From Candidatus Anstonellales archaeon (GTDB lineage Archaea > Micrarchaeota > Micrarchaeia > Anstonellales > J096), in assembly GCA_038896535.1 (NCBI GenBank), contig JAWACY010000002.1, positions 160,001 through 224,000 of the forward strand: a stretch of 64,000 nt of DNA, written 5' to 3'. Below are positions 1 to 10,403 of the stretch, piece by piece. Both the position numbers and the translations under genes were made by a program. Under the pieces are notes generated by a model. That model had not been told where the DNA came from, did not search any database, and saw only the letters and a program-made list of their open reading frames with translations. The number at the start of each line of letters is the position of its first letter. Position 1 is the first letter of the stretch.

Positions 1-946
1 CAATGCTTGTCAAGGCATTATTTAGCTCTTCCTTTTTTTCCTCTAAATGTGATATATTAGCTTCAATTATCTTTATTTCTGCTTTCTTTTTTTCTAATTC
101 TTTGAACAGCTCATCTCTCTCTCTTAATCTTATAAGTTCCTTATCAATGCTTTCTCTTTGCTTGTCTATTTCATTTATTTTTTCCAGCACATAATTTAAG
201 TTCTTTTCTATTTCTGCCTTTTCTTTTTCTTTCTCATCTATTTCTTTTTCCTGCATTTTTAATGTCGCGCTTATTGAATCATGCTGCATCTTTATAATTG
301 TGCCTTTTATATCATTCCTCTCTTTTAATAAGCTTTCATATTCACTCATCTTTTTAATATCTTGCTCTAATTGATTAAGCATATTTAACTTCTCGCCCAA
401 TATTAGATTTATTTCCCTTATCTTACCATTAACGATTTCAAGCTCTTTCATTGCTTCTGCCCTTTTTATTGTGTAAACAGCAGTTTCTGCAAGCTCTTCT
501 AAATATTGCTTTCTCTCTTTTGGCTTCATTTTTACTATTTTCTGTATTTCTCCTTGAGGGATTATTGCATTTCTTATATTCCCTATGCCATTCAAAACAA
601 GGAAGTGCTTTAGCTCCTTTATTTTTATTTTTTTACCATTTAGCATTATTCTTGTTTTTCCATCCCTCCTTATCTGCCTTGTTATTACATATTCTTCTTT
701 TCCATTTGTTGGACATAGCATTAATGAAACAGATGCAACTTTTGAATTCTTATTTACAAGGTTTTCAAGCTTCTCTGCTCTAAGCTTTGATAATGATGTT
801 TCTCCCAAAGCAAACATCACTGCATCTATTATATTGCTTTTTCCAGAGCCATTTGGCCCCATTATTGCAGTTATGCCTTCAGATAATTGTATATTTGCTT
901 TTTTGAATGATTTAAAATTTGATATAGATATTTCTTTTATTCTCAT
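1..946 (-). CDS. smc: Chromosome segregation protein SMC, N-terminal part (runs off the window)
   Basis: Not in the ORF track. Manual translation from ATG at 946 gives MRIKEISISNFKSFKK...IMGPNGSGKSNIIDAVMFALGE...IIPQGEI (Walker A and Q-loop of the SMC head), followed by coiled coil. Confidence 0.93.
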   Translation of the reverse strand, partial: MRIKEISISNFKSFKKANIQLSEGITAIMGPNGSGKSNIIDAVMFALGETSLSKLRAEKLENLVNKNSKVASVSLMLCPTNGKEEYVITRQIRRDGKTRIMLNGKKIKIKELKHFLVLNGIGNIRNAIIPQGEIQKIVKMKPKERKQYLEELAETAVYTIKRAEAMKELEIVNGKIREINLILGEKLNMLNQLEQDIKKMSEYESLLKERNDIKGTIIKMQHDSISATLKMQEKEIDEKEKEKAEIEKNLNYVLEKINEIDKQRESIDKELIRLRERDELFKELEKKKAEIKIIEANISHLEEKKEELNNALTSI

Positions 947-947
947 T

Positions 948-2654
948 TTAAGAACTCCATATAAATAATGGCTCCTGCCCTTTTTTATCAAGCCTGCAAA
1001 AACAAACTCTTTCAAATTGTATAATGCTGCCTTCATCAAGTTCATTTATATTCTTTTCTGCTATGCCTTTATGCATTATTAAACTATTATCATTGAACTC
1101 CCCATTATCATGCAAGGGTTGCTTTGGTTCGATGATTGTTGCATTTACAAAGAAATCCTTTGCTATCCATTGTATTTTTGGCAATCCTTTTGGCTCGCCT
1201 TTTTCTAGCAATAGTTTTTTATTTTTCTTATCAACAACTGCATTTGAAAATTCCTTTAATCTTATTATTTCTCCATCAACAAATGAATCCCAATCAGCCC
1301 TTTGAACATATATAATGTTGTTAACCATAACAATCCTATGCTCCTGCTTGTTTGGATTTTTTCTTATTAAAATACTTTCCGGGATATCAAAATCTGATTC
1401 AATGCTAACCTCAATTGGTTGTTCAACAAAGAAATATCTATTAGCTATTTTATCCAATATCGCTCTGTTTTTCTGCATTAATATTGATATATCAGCTGGA
1501 TTTTCTTGCTTTCCTAAACCAAATGATAAGGAGAACTCTTTTATTGCTTCTGGCATTACCCCTCTTCTTTTCAATGCCTTTAATGTTAAAAGCCTTGGGT
1601 CATCCCATGATGCTATCTTGCCCTGTTCTATTAATGCCCTTATCTCCCTTTTGCTTATAGGATAGCCAGGAACAAACAAGCGTGAAATGTGTATAAGCTC
1701 AATGTCTTTTTCTGGAAACATATCTTTTAATAGTGCATAATAAAGCTCGCCAAAAAGCTCGTATTCTTTGCTTCTTATTGCATGTGTTATGCCTTGCATT
1801 GCATCCATATAAACAGAAGCAAAATGATAAGTTGGCCATAGCTTATATTTATTGCCGTGCCTAAAATGATATGCATCCATTATTCTTGCTATTGCTGGAT
1901 CCCTTAATGCTGTATTATTACTTTTTATATCTCCTTTATATAATAATACTGCCTTTCCTTTCTTTACTTTGCCTTTTATCATATCGTTAAAAATTTCTAA
2001 ATTCTCATTCACTTCCCTGTTTCTATGTGGGCATTCCATCTTTTTTGCTCTGTAATTTGCTATTTCCTCATCTTCGCATTCACAGATAAATGCCTTGGCA
2101 TTTATTATTAGCTCTTCAATCTTTTTATACATACCTTGAATAAAATCTGAACTAAATGATATGCTCTCTGGTTTTATGCCAAGCCAATTTAGATCATCCA
2201 TTATTGCATTAACATATTCCTCCTTCGATTTTTCTGGGTTTGTATCATCAAACCTTAAAATCATCCTCCCCTTGTTTTCTTCTGCAATTGCATAGCTCAA
2301 AAATGCTGCCTTTGCATGCCCTATGTGTAAAAATCCTGATGGCTCTGGGGAGAATCTCGTTATAATATCTCTCCCAACATCTCTTATGATATATTTTTTC
2401 TTCTCTTGCTTTTGTATTTTTGAATGCTCTTTTATTTTCTCAGCATTCAATGCTATTTCCTCAATTGGCATTTTATTTACTTCTTCAACAATGGCCTTTA
2501 TCTCATTCACAATTGCTTTTATTTCATCTTTCATATCAGGAAATTTGCCAAACAATTTTGGTAGCACAAAATCTATGCTTGTTTTGCCATATTTTGCAGC
2601 ATTTATCATTGCAATATTTCTTGCTTCTTCTATTAGCTTTTCTTTTGCATGCAT
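948..2654 (-). CDS. gltX: Glutamyl-tRNA synthetase (archaeal type)
   Basis: TRFSPEPSGFLHIGH (HIGH), LRFDDTNP, ISKR, WDDPRL, C-terminal QFER. Confidence 0.97.
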   Translation of the reverse strand: MHAKEKLIEEARNIAMINAAKYGKTSIDFVLPKLFGKFPDMKDEIKAIVNEIKAIVEEVNKMPIEEIALNAEKIKEHSKIQKQEKKKYIIRDVGRDIITRFSPEPSGFLHIGHAKAAFLSYAIAEENKGRMILRFDDTNPEKSKEEYVNAIMDDLNWLGIKPESISFSSDFIQGMYKKIEELIINAKAFICECEDEEIANYRAKKMECPHRNREVNENLEIFNDMIKGKVKKGKAVLLYKGDIKSNNTALRDPAIARIMDAYHFRHGNKYKLWPTYHFASVYMDAMQGITHAIRSKEYELFGELYYALLKDMFPEKDIELIHISRLFVPGYPISKREIRALIEQGKIASWDDPRLLTLKALKRRGVMPEAIKEFSLSFGLGKQENPADISILMQKNRAILDKIANRYFFVEQPIEVSIESDFDIPESILIRKNPNKQEHRIVMVNNIIYVQRADWDSFVDGEIIRLKEFSNAVVDKKNKKLLLEKGEPKGLPKIQWIAKDFFVNATIIEPKQPLHDNGEFNDNSLIMHKGIAEKNINELDEGSIIQFERVCFCRLDKKGQEPLFIWSS

Positions 2655-2670
2655 AAAAAATCACCAAGCT

Positions 2671-4317
2671 CTATTTTTCATTCTCATCTGATTGCCATAA
2701 TTGCATTAAAAATTGCTCGACCTTCTTTCTTTTTTCATCAAACTCTGATATCTGCGCTTTTGCCTCTTCAACCTTCTTTCCTCTTTCCTCTTTTCTTAAA
2801 TCAAGCAACTGCATTTGTTTCAATAGCAAATTTATATTCTTCTCAAGTTTTTCATATGCTTGTTTCAGCTCGGCCAGTTTGTTATAAAATTCATTAAGCT
2901 TGTCAAAAGAATATGATATCTCTTCTGCTTTTTTAACGATTGCTATAACATCATTTGATAACAACCTTTTCCTTGCTTCTTCCATTCTTTTCTCTTGCTG
3001 CTCACTTATGCTATTAAGCTTTGCTTTTAATTGTTCAGCATTTTGATTAATATCTGATATCTGCTTCAAATATAAATTTAAAGAAGAAACAAGTCTATCT
3101 TTTATTGTTGTATAAGTGCTGTATGTCTTTATTTCTTCATCAAGAGCAGAAAAAAGATCGCCAACTTCTTTTATTACTGCTTTTTTCTGCTCATTTATTT
3201 TTTCACTCATATTAGCTAATTCTTTAATTATTCTGTCAATATCTCTCATTTGTTTTATTGCCACTTCAAGCTGTTCTATGTCTTGCGCTTTTTTATGCAA
3301 CCCCTCTATTTCATGCTTTATGCTCTCGGCATCAAACTTAAATTCAGACATTGCAGATTTCATTGTTTCTATTGCAAAGCGTATTTCCTCTAAATCTTTC
3401 AGCAATTTTTCCTTCCTATTTATAACTTCTTTTATCTCATCACTTGTCTTAACATTATTTGCATCGACTTTGAGCTTTTCTATCTCTTTCTTTTTCTCTT
3501 CTAACTCTTGCTCTAATGTAGCTTTTAATTTTGCAAACTCTCCAATTTGCTGAAATGCTGGCGTTTTTAATTTTTCTAAAGCATTGTTTATTTCTTCTTT
3601 AAGTTGTTCAAACTCATTTAGCTTTGCTGATAAAAGTTCTGCATTTGACAACTGCTTTTCTGCTTGTTTTATCGCATCTAGCATGTTTGACATATTGCCA
3701 ATTAAGTTATCAAGTTCTCCTTTAGCTTTTTTAACTTGTTCTATTTTTTGGTCTATTTTTGATGCTTTTATGCTGTCTTGGAATGTATTTATTTCTCCAG
3801 CAACAACTTTTATATCATCGCTAATAAGGCTGAGCTTCAAACCAAGCTCTTCTACTGATTTCTTTATTTCAATATATTCTTTCTGCTCTTCTGCTGATTT
3901 CTTTATCTCATCTGCTGCTTGTTTTAATTTCATCACATCTTCTGCAAGCATCTTTATTTTTTCCCCTGTTTTAACATACAGCTCTTCAAGCTTGCCTTTT
4001 TCTTCTTCTAATTTATCAAATATCGGCTTCGTTTCTTCTATAACCGTTGTTTTAGTTCTCTCTACTTCTTTTGACAAAGCTTCTATTTCTTCAGGTTTTG
4101 CTTTTTTCCATTTAACAGTAATTTTATATACTCCATACTTTACTTCTATAATGCCCTCTTGCTCCAATATTGTTGCCCATTCTTCAAGCTGTTTTATTGG
4201 TATATTGAGCTTTTGTGAAGCATAATTAAGGTCAAGCTCTCCTTGTTCCATGACAAGCTTGATAAAAGCATCTATTGGGGTAGAAACAAGCAAATCCTTA
4301 AATTCTTCTCCTGCCAT
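2671..4317 (-). CDS. Hypothetical protein: N-terminal winged-helix-like domain plus long coiled coil
   Basis: N-terminal TPIDAFIKLV...IKQLEEWATILEQEGIIEVKY, then about 450 aa of E/K-rich heptads. Confidence 0.75.
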   Translation of the reverse strand: MAGEEFKDLLVSTPIDAFIKLVMEQGELDLNYASQKLNIPIKQLEEWATILEQEGIIEVKYGVYKITVKWKKAKPEEIEALSKEVERTKTTVIEETKPIFDKLEEEKGKLEELYVKTGEKIKMLAEDVMKLKQAADEIKKSAEEQKEYIEIKKSVEELGLKLSLISDDIKVVAGEINTFQDSIKASKIDQKIEQVKKAKGELDNLIGNMSNMLDAIKQAEKQLSNAELLSAKLNEFEQLKEEINNALEKLKTPAFQQIGEFAKLKATLEQELEEKKKEIEKLKVDANNVKTSDEIKEVINRKEKLLKDLEEIRFAIETMKSAMSEFKFDAESIKHEIEGLHKKAQDIEQLEVAIKQMRDIDRIIKELANMSEKINEQKKAVIKEVGDLFSALDEEIKTYSTYTTIKDRLVSSLNLYLKQISDINQNAEQLKAKLNSISEQQEKRMEEARKRLLSNDVIAIVKKAEEISYSFDKLNEFYNKLAELKQAYEKLEKNINLLLKQMQLLDLRKEERGKKVEEAKAQISEFDEKRKKVEQFLMQLWQSDENEK

Positions 4318-4390
4318 TGAACATATTTAAATAACAATATTAATAAATGTTTAGTTTTATAATATAAAAGCATTGAAAGGTGGTTTGTAA

Positions 4391-5725
4391 ATGCGCGTTA
4401 AAAAGATAGAAGAAAGTTATTTACAAAAATTTAAGAATCAAGTAAAGATAAGCAAAATGTTTGGTAAAGATGCTATAAAAGTTTATAATGCAGTATCAAA
4501 AGATGAATGGATAGATGAGAAAGCAGTAGCTAAATTAACTGGACTTGATGAAAGTAGTATATTAAAAATATTTGAATTCATGGAAAAAGAGGGCATGTTG
4601 GCAATATATAAAGAAGTAAGCGAGAAGGTTGGCGAAAAAGAAATAAAAGAAGAAATAAAAGAAAGGCCTGAAATAGAAGCAAGAGAAGAAAAAGTAGAAA
4701 TTGAAAGAGAAGAAGCTAAAAGGGAAGAAGCTGAAAGGGAAGAAGCTTTAGGAGAAGGATTAGAAGGTGGTGAAGAAGCTAAAGAGTTTGCTGAGGAAAT
4801 AGAAAAAGAAGTTGAAGAGGAAAAAGCAGAAATACATGAAGGAAAAGCACATGAAATAGAATTTGAAGAAGAAATAAAACCAGAATTTGAGACAGGTGGG
4901 ATAGTTGAGAAAAAGCCAGGCAAAGAAGAATTGCCAACTGAAGAAATAAGAGAAAGAGAGACAGCAAAATTAAGTGATGAAGAAAGGGATGTTTACAATG
5001 TATATGGCGAAACAGGAGTTGATGTGCTGAACAAATTAAAAGAGGGAAAAACAACAAAAGAAATATCATTAGCCCTTGGTATGGAAGAAAGAGATATAAA
5101 AGAAATAGAGAATTTTCTATTAAATAAAGGTTATATAAAGGCTAAAGAAGCAGTAGTTGAAACAACACAAAAGGCTGAGCCTGCTGAAGAGGATAAATAT
5201 GCCCCATTAACAGCAAAGGGCGAAGAACTTGTATCAGCTGTAAAAGATGAAGATGCAATAAAGTTAATAAAAATGAAAAAATTAAGTTTTTTCGATAAGT
5301 TGAAAAATAAATTCTTTATTGTATTGAGACACAAAAAATTTGGAAGGCTTATATTTGAGACAATTGATAAAGAAAAAGAAGTTGATACAATAACTTTAGT
5401 AGAGAAAAACTTAATAGATATAAAAAAGGTTGAAGCTGTTATAGAGGATATGAAAAAGGCCGGCATAATTGAAATAAGCCAGTTATCTAGAGATGAAATA
5501 AGGAAGAAATTTGGTTATGATTCATTAAGCATATATAGAAAATATGGAAAGGCTGGAGTCATAATGTATGATCTTGTTGGTAAAGACCTCCGCTTAAAAG
5601 AAATTGCAAACTTAGCTGGCTTGACTGATAAAGAAAAAATATATGAAATCTTCTCTTTTATCCATAGATTGCTTGGTATAGAAATCCCATTAGACAAAAC
5701 GCTCATTATGAAACAATTAGAGTAA
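4391..5725 (+). CDS. Hypothetical protein with about four winged-helix-like repeats and an acidic linker
   Basis: Repeated (F/Y)G..G..(V/I)...IA...G.....I..I..F....G.I pattern; Glu-rich region about aa 75-195; GGTGG RBS. Confidence 0.7.
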   Translation: MRVKKIEESYLQKFKNQVKISKMFGKDAIKVYNAVSKDEWIDEKAVAKLTGLDESSILKIFEFMEKEGMLAIYKEVSEKVGEKEIKEEIKERPEIEAREEKVEIEREEAKREEAEREEALGEGLEGGEEAKEFAEEIEKEVEEEKAEIHEGKAHEIEFEEEIKPEFETGGIVEKKPGKEELPTEEIRERETAKLSDEERDVYNVYGETGVDVLNKLKEGKTTKEISLALGMEERDIKEIENFLLNKGYIKAKEAVVETTQKAEPAEEDKYAPLTAKGEELVSAVKDEDAIKLIKMKKLSFFDKLKNKFFIVLRHKKFGRLIFETIDKEKEVDTITLVEKNLIDIKKVEAVIEDMKKAGIIEISQLSRDEIRKKFGYDSLSIYRKYGKAGVIMYDLVGKDLRLKEIANLAGLTDKEKIYEIFSFIHRLLGIEIPLDKTLIMKQLE

Positions 5726-5984
5726 ATTATGAGATTAAAATATTAATGTAAAAAATTTCCTGAAAGATACAAGATAATGATTTAACTAATAAAATAAACA
5801 ATGGCAATAGGAGTAAATATAATAATATGACGAAAGAACGAATCAATAGCTAATGAATAATTAATAATTAATAGAGAAATTAATGAATAGAGAAAGATTA
5901 AAATTTATGATAATTTAATTTAACTTTTGATCTGCCATGTAATGTGCTATGTAATCTGGCATTAGCTTTGCATTGGCTTTATAT

Positions 5985-6443
5985 TCAAATTATTTTTATT
6001 TCAGTTATTGGTAGGGCTTTTAATAAAAGGCCAGAATTTCTAGCATGGCTTATTATCTCAGCTGGAATTTTCGCATCAGGACAGATAATATAAAAAATAT
6101 AACCAAAATGTGATGAATGTTCATATGCATTGCATGAATGATGCTTTATATAATGCTTTAATTGCTCAAATTTTTCTTTTCCTTCAATAGATGCTAAAGG
6201 ATTTTCTATATGCATGATAAGTAAATAAGCCCTGTCTTTATATTTATTTTTCTCTTCTTTCATTATTATTTTAAAACCTTTTATGACCCCATTTTTCTGC
6301 ATCTTTGCTATTCTTTTTTTGACTGCTGTTACGCTTATGCCAATGCTTTTGGCAATATAAGATAAAGGCGCTCTTGCATTTTCTCTTAATATTGATATAA
6401 TTTTTTTATCTTTTTCATCCATATTAGAAAGTTCCTGTTGCAT
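5985..6443 (-). CDS. Lrp/AsnC family transcriptional regulator
   Basis: MDEKDKKIISILRENARAPLSYIAKSIGISVTAVKKRIAKMQKNGVIKGF is an AsnC-type HTH; real start may be 6422. Confidence 0.88.
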   Translation of the reverse strand: MQQELSNMDEKDKKIISILRENARAPLSYIAKSIGISVTAVKKRIAKMQKNGVIKGFKIIMKEEKNKYKDRAYLLIMHIENPLASIEGKEKFEQLKHYIKHHSCNAYEHSSHFGYIFYIICPDAKIPAEIISHARNSGLLLKALPITEIKII

Positions 6444-6471
6444 TTTTAAACTTTATTATATCATTCAAATT

Positions 6472-7065
6472 ATGGCAATAGAAACATCAATGGAAGAGCT
6501 TAATGAATTGCTCGGCCCAATAAAAGAAGGAGACATTATATTAATAACATTTAATGATAAAAATACTGCCAGGATATTCAGCCAATATCTAGTGCCAAAA
6601 AAAGGGAATGCAATAATAATAAGTACAGATTTTAAACCTGATACAATAAATGCAAATGCAATTTTTATAGATGCTTATTCATTAGAGAGAGGGGTTAAGC
6701 CAAGAGAAGGGGATAGAGCAGTTTATGTTAGTTCCATTAATGATATATCATTGGAAACATCACAACTCATTTCTGATAAGCAGATAAATGCTGTTATCAT
6801 TTTATCTATTTCAACATTGTTAAAAAAGAATCCAAAAGATGCTGTTATGAGATTTATAGATCTAATATCTGCAAGAATAAAGGAGACTGGTGGAGCTTTA
6901 ATATTATTATCTGATGAAAAGGGGGAAGATATTGATACACTTGAAGCATTAGCAAATATAAATATAAAATTAACGACAAAAGATAATAATGTATTATTAA
7001 CAAGCAATGCTTTTCCATTTCCACTTGAATTAATTATTTTTGCTGATAAAATGGTGGTAAAATGA
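6472..7065 (+). CDS. Degenerate RecA/KaiC (RAD55)-like ATPase-fold protein
   Basis: IETSMEELNELLGPIKEGDIILI, FIDAYS and VIILSISTLL resemble the KaiC-like fold; Walker A is not intact. Confidence 0.6.
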   Translation: MAIETSMEELNELLGPIKEGDIILITFNDKNTARIFSQYLVPKKGNAIIISTDFKPDTINANAIFIDAYSLERGVKPREGDRAVYVSSINDISLETSQLISDKQINAVIILSISTLLKKNPKDAVMRFIDLISARIKETGGALILLSDEKGEDIDTLEALANINIKLTTKDNNVLLTSNAFPFPLELIIFADKMVVK

Positions 7066-7322
7066 AAACAATAAAAATAAAAGGAGGAAAAATAACAAAG
7101 AATGAACTATCTTTGAATGATATTGAATTAGAGGCAATGCAAAAGATTTTTTTACATGTAAAAAGCACTATAGCATCAACTGGTGATGTATTAAAGTTTA
7201 TAAAAATAAAAGCTAAAAAAGGCACATTCATAATAAGTGGGGCTGAAGATGAATTAAATATATCCATGCCAGATAGTGAAGGAGAAGAGGTAAGCTTGAT
7301 AAATGAAATTATGAAAAAATAA
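7062..7322 (+). CDS. Hypothetical protein
   Basis: 86-aa ORF overlapping both neighbours, GGTGG RBS, typical codon usage. Confidence 0.65.
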   Translation: MKTIKIKGGKITKNELSLNDIELEAMQKIFLHVKSTIASTGDVLKFIKIKAKKGTFIISGAEDELNISMPDSEGEEVSLINEIMKK

Positions 7323-8587
7323 TGATGGATAACATATTCTTTTATGAGAACTTTTATAAAGGAAGCAGGCCTATTATTGAAATAAAAAAAGAACCAGATG
7401 CATTCATTGTTGAAGAAATAACAAAAGATGGAAGGCAACTTGAAATTAATAAATACAATGGTTTTACTGGAGGAGAAGGCGATTTTCTCTATTTTGTAAT
7501 GCAAAAAAAAGACTGGGCCACTGATATTGCTATAAAAAAAATTGCAAAATCTTTGTATCTATCTAAAAAACGTTTTAGTTTTGCTGGTAGTAAGGATAAA
7601 AGGGCTTTAACTGTTCAGCTAGCTTGTTTATTTGCGGGGAAAAATGCAAAAGAGCATCTGATAGAAGAAAAATTATTAAACATAAAAATAAAAGGCATAG
7701 ATATATTAGAATGTTATTACAGCAATAAAAAATTAAATATTGGAGATTTAAAAGGCAATAGATTCACAATTAAAATAAATGACTATAGCAGATATAGCAT
7801 AAAATTTTTGTCAGAACATGGAAATGTTTTTCCAAACTATTTTGGCCCGCAAAGATTTGGTGAAACTAGGATGATATCTCATATCATAGGCTACTTTATA
7901 GTAAAGGGCCTATTCAAAGAAGCAGTTATGACATATTTAACTTATACAAGCAACTCAGAACCACAAAAAATAAAAGAAGCCAGGCATATGCTGAAAAATG
8001 AGCAGAACTTCAAAGAGGCATTAAAATACTTCCCAAAGTCATTAAAACATGAGAGAACATTGCTGGCACATCTTTCAAAGTATGAAAATGATTATGTAAA
8101 TGCATTGAGGCATTTGCCAAGACAGACATTGCTTATGTTTGTGCATGCATTACAAAGTTATATATTTAATATGCAGCTATCTTATAAGTTATTAAATGGC
8201 ATAACAAAAGAAGAAAACGAATATTACTGTAAGAAAGATGCTCTTGGCTTTCCTCTTATTGAAGAAAAAACAGAGAATAATGGTTATTTATGCATGCCAA
8301 TAATAGGCTATGAAACAAAAACAACAAAGGAGCAAGATGAATTATTAGCAAACATTGGGATAAAAAAAGAGGACTTTAAAATAAGATCAATACCAGAACT
8401 TTCATTAAAAGGCAGTTATAGGGTTTGCTTTGCTCCTTTTATTGATTTTAAAGAACTTGACGGCAATGTAAGCTTTAAATTGCCTGCTGGCAGTTATGCC
8501 ACAATATTTCTTAACGAAATAGCACAAATAAAAGATTTCAAGCTTTATAACATTGTAAATATAAAAGAATTCATAAAAGAATTTTAA
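7322..8587 (+). CDS. truD: tRNA pseudouridine(13) synthase TruD/Pus7
   Basis: F.VEE, FAGSKDKRALTVQ (catalytic Asp), GDLKGNRF, PNYFGPQRFG, F.LPAGSYAT. Confidence 0.95.
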   Translation: MMDNIFFYENFYKGSRPIIEIKKEPDAFIVEEITKDGRQLEINKYNGFTGGEGDFLYFVMQKKDWATDIAIKKIAKSLYLSKKRFSFAGSKDKRALTVQLACLFAGKNAKEHLIEEKLLNIKIKGIDILECYYSNKKLNIGDLKGNRFTIKINDYSRYSIKFLSEHGNVFPNYFGPQRFGETRMISHIIGYFIVKGLFKEAVMTYLTYTSNSEPQKIKEARHMLKNEQNFKEALKYFPKSLKHERTLLAHLSKYENDYVNALRHLPRQTLLMFVHALQSYIFNMQLSYKLLNGITKEENEYYCKKDALGFPLIEEKTENNGYLCMPIIGYETKTTKEQDELLANIGIKKEDFKIRSIPELSLKGSYRVCFAPFIDFKELDGNVSFKLPAGSYATIFLNEIAQIKDFKLYNIVNIKEFIKEF

Positions 8588-8647
8588 TGGTAATTTAGAG
8601 AATTTTATAATAATAAATATTAAAATAAAAAATGAAAAATAAAACAA

Positions 8648-8947
8648 ATGAGTAAATTTAAATATTTTATGCAAAAACAAAAATACATGCAAAAAACACA
8701 AAAAAGGATATTTAGCATCAGCGTTTCTGGTGTTTCAAAAAAGATATCATTATCATTAATAGAAGATAAAACGCCTTTTGGCGTTTATAACATTCTGGAT
8801 GCCAGAAATACAGGATTGCCAAAAGCAGTGCTGGTAAAAATAGCTAATGAGAATAACATTCCAATATTATCTGATTTTGGAAAAATTTTCCCTGATGGTA
8901 AAACTGCCAGAGATTTTATAGTTGTAAAGAAAAAAGATGCTAAATAA
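8648..8947 (+). CDS. Hypothetical protein
   Basis: 99-aa ORF in a co-oriented run, no recognisable motif. Confidence 0.6.
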   Translation: MSKFKYFMQKQKYMQKTQKRIFSISVSGVSKKISLSLIEDKTPFGVYNILDARNTGLPKAVLVKIANENNIPILSDFGKIFPDGKTARDFIVVKKKDAK

Positions 8948-8966
8948 CTCAGGAGGAACAAATATT

Positions 8967-10226
8967 ATGGATGAATTAACTGCATATATTGTAGCATATA
9001 CTAAAGACAGAAGATATGCTTATTTTATTTCAAATGGGCATGAAATTAAAGCAAGGGCCTCAATAAATGTTAATGAAAAAACCCTGGTTAAAGGATATTT
9101 AAATGGAGAAGAATTCATGATTAATGAATATTGGCAACCAGATGATAAAGAAATGCAAAATTTTATAAAAGAAACAGAAAAAAATATTAAAATTGTAAAA
9201 GAACCTGCTGTAAAAAGTATAGAAAATGCGGCGAGAATAATAAAAACAGCACAGCTTTTAAGGAGGCAGAACATAATAAGGTTTCATAATGACGCTGATG
9301 GCATTGTTTCTGCTCTTCTTATTGGGCAAGTATTGCAGGGCAATAAAATAGCACAGCATGCTGCGGTCTATTCATTAAAAGATGCTTTTTCTGATATTGC
9401 ATTATTGAGATATGGAGATATGCCAATTGCTGTTTTTCTTGATTTTGGTGGCAGTAATGAATGTAAAGATGCTTATGAATTATTAAAATATGATAATATT
9501 GATGTCCTAGTAATTGATCATCATCCAGTAGATGAAGAAATAAAAAATCTTGTCAACATAGCAAATCCATTATTAGAAGGTAAAACTTCTGACTACACAA
9601 CTGGCTATTTATGTAATGAACTCTTATTATGCCTTGGCATCAACCCATCATTTGACTATACAGTTTCTCTTGCTGGTGATAAAAGCTCTCTTGCATATAG
9701 TGATAAGGCAAAAAAAACAGCGCTTGCTTTGGATTATGCTGCTTTTTATTCTGCACATAGCAATGCAATTGCTCTATATAAAGAAATAATGACAAACGAT
9801 GGATTTATGGATTCAATAGCACAAAAAGCGAACGAAAAGATTTTTGAATCACTTATAGAAATAAAAAAGAATCAAAAAAAGAGAACAATTGGCAATTTTT
9901 CTCTTTATTACATAGATGCCGAACAACAAGAGAAATCTTTCCCGCCATCTGGTAAAATTGCCAGCCTGCTTGCTGAAGATGTTGATGAGCCAGCTTTAAT
10001 AGTTAGCTGCTCTAAATATTTATGCTCTTTCAGATTAAGCAAAAAAGCAAAAGAACATTATAACATAGATTTAAACATGCTTGTTAATGAGATGAAAAAA
10101 AGGTCTGATATCGTTATTTCAGGAGGGGGCCATAAAAATGCAGCAAGCATAAAAATAAATGAAAATGCAAAAGATTTGGTCATTGATATAACAGAAGAAA
10201 TAATAAGGCATTTATTGGAAAAATAA
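8967..10226 (+). CDS. DHH-family phosphoesterase (RecJ-like)
   Basis: HNDADG, FLDFG, IDHH and DHHA1 SGGGHKNAA motifs; AGGAGG RBS before ATG 8967. Confidence 0.88.
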   Translation: MDELTAYIVAYTKDRRYAYFISNGHEIKARASINVNEKTLVKGYLNGEEFMINEYWQPDDKEMQNFIKETEKNIKIVKEPAVKSIENAARIIKTAQLLRRQNIIRFHNDADGIVSALLIGQVLQGNKIAQHAAVYSLKDAFSDIALLRYGDMPIAVFLDFGGSNECKDAYELLKYDNIDVLVIDHHPVDEEIKNLVNIANPLLEGKTSDYTTGYLCNELLLCLGINPSFDYTVSLAGDKSSLAYSDKAKKTALALDYAAFYSAHSNAIALYKEIMTNDGFMDSIAQKANEKIFESLIEIKKNQKKRTIGNFSLYYIDAEQQEKSFPPSGKIASLLAEDVDEPALIVSCSKYLCSFRLSKKAKEHYNIDLNMLVNEMKKRSDIVISGGGHKNAASIKINENAKDLVIDITEEIIRHLLEK

Positions 10227-10233
10227 AATAAGG

Positions 10234-10350
10234 TAGCAGCAGCAACCGCTCTTCCCGGGCATAAGCCCAGTAAAAAGCTGGTCGTGAAGAGGCTTAGCTT
10301 CCGTGTTCGATATGGGAACGGGCGTTTCCCTCTTCCTGTGGCCGCTGCTA
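10234..10350 (-). rRNA. rrf: 5S rRNA (stand-alone)
   Basis: Minus strand TAGCAGCGGCCACAGG...CCCGTTCCCATATCGAACACGGAAGCTAAGCC...GCTGCTGCTA: conserved CGAAC loop, paired terminal helix, about 117 nt, TTTAAAAA box upstream. Confidence 0.93.
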
Positions 10351-10403
10351 ATTATATAAGATAAGAAAAGTATTTTTAAACATTTGCCTAGCCTTATTAA
10401 ATT

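Noticed and set aside
5726..5984. AT-rich gap between convergent genes as an origin or ncRNA
   Set aside because: Only short imperfect repeats; no ORB, structure or promoter evidence
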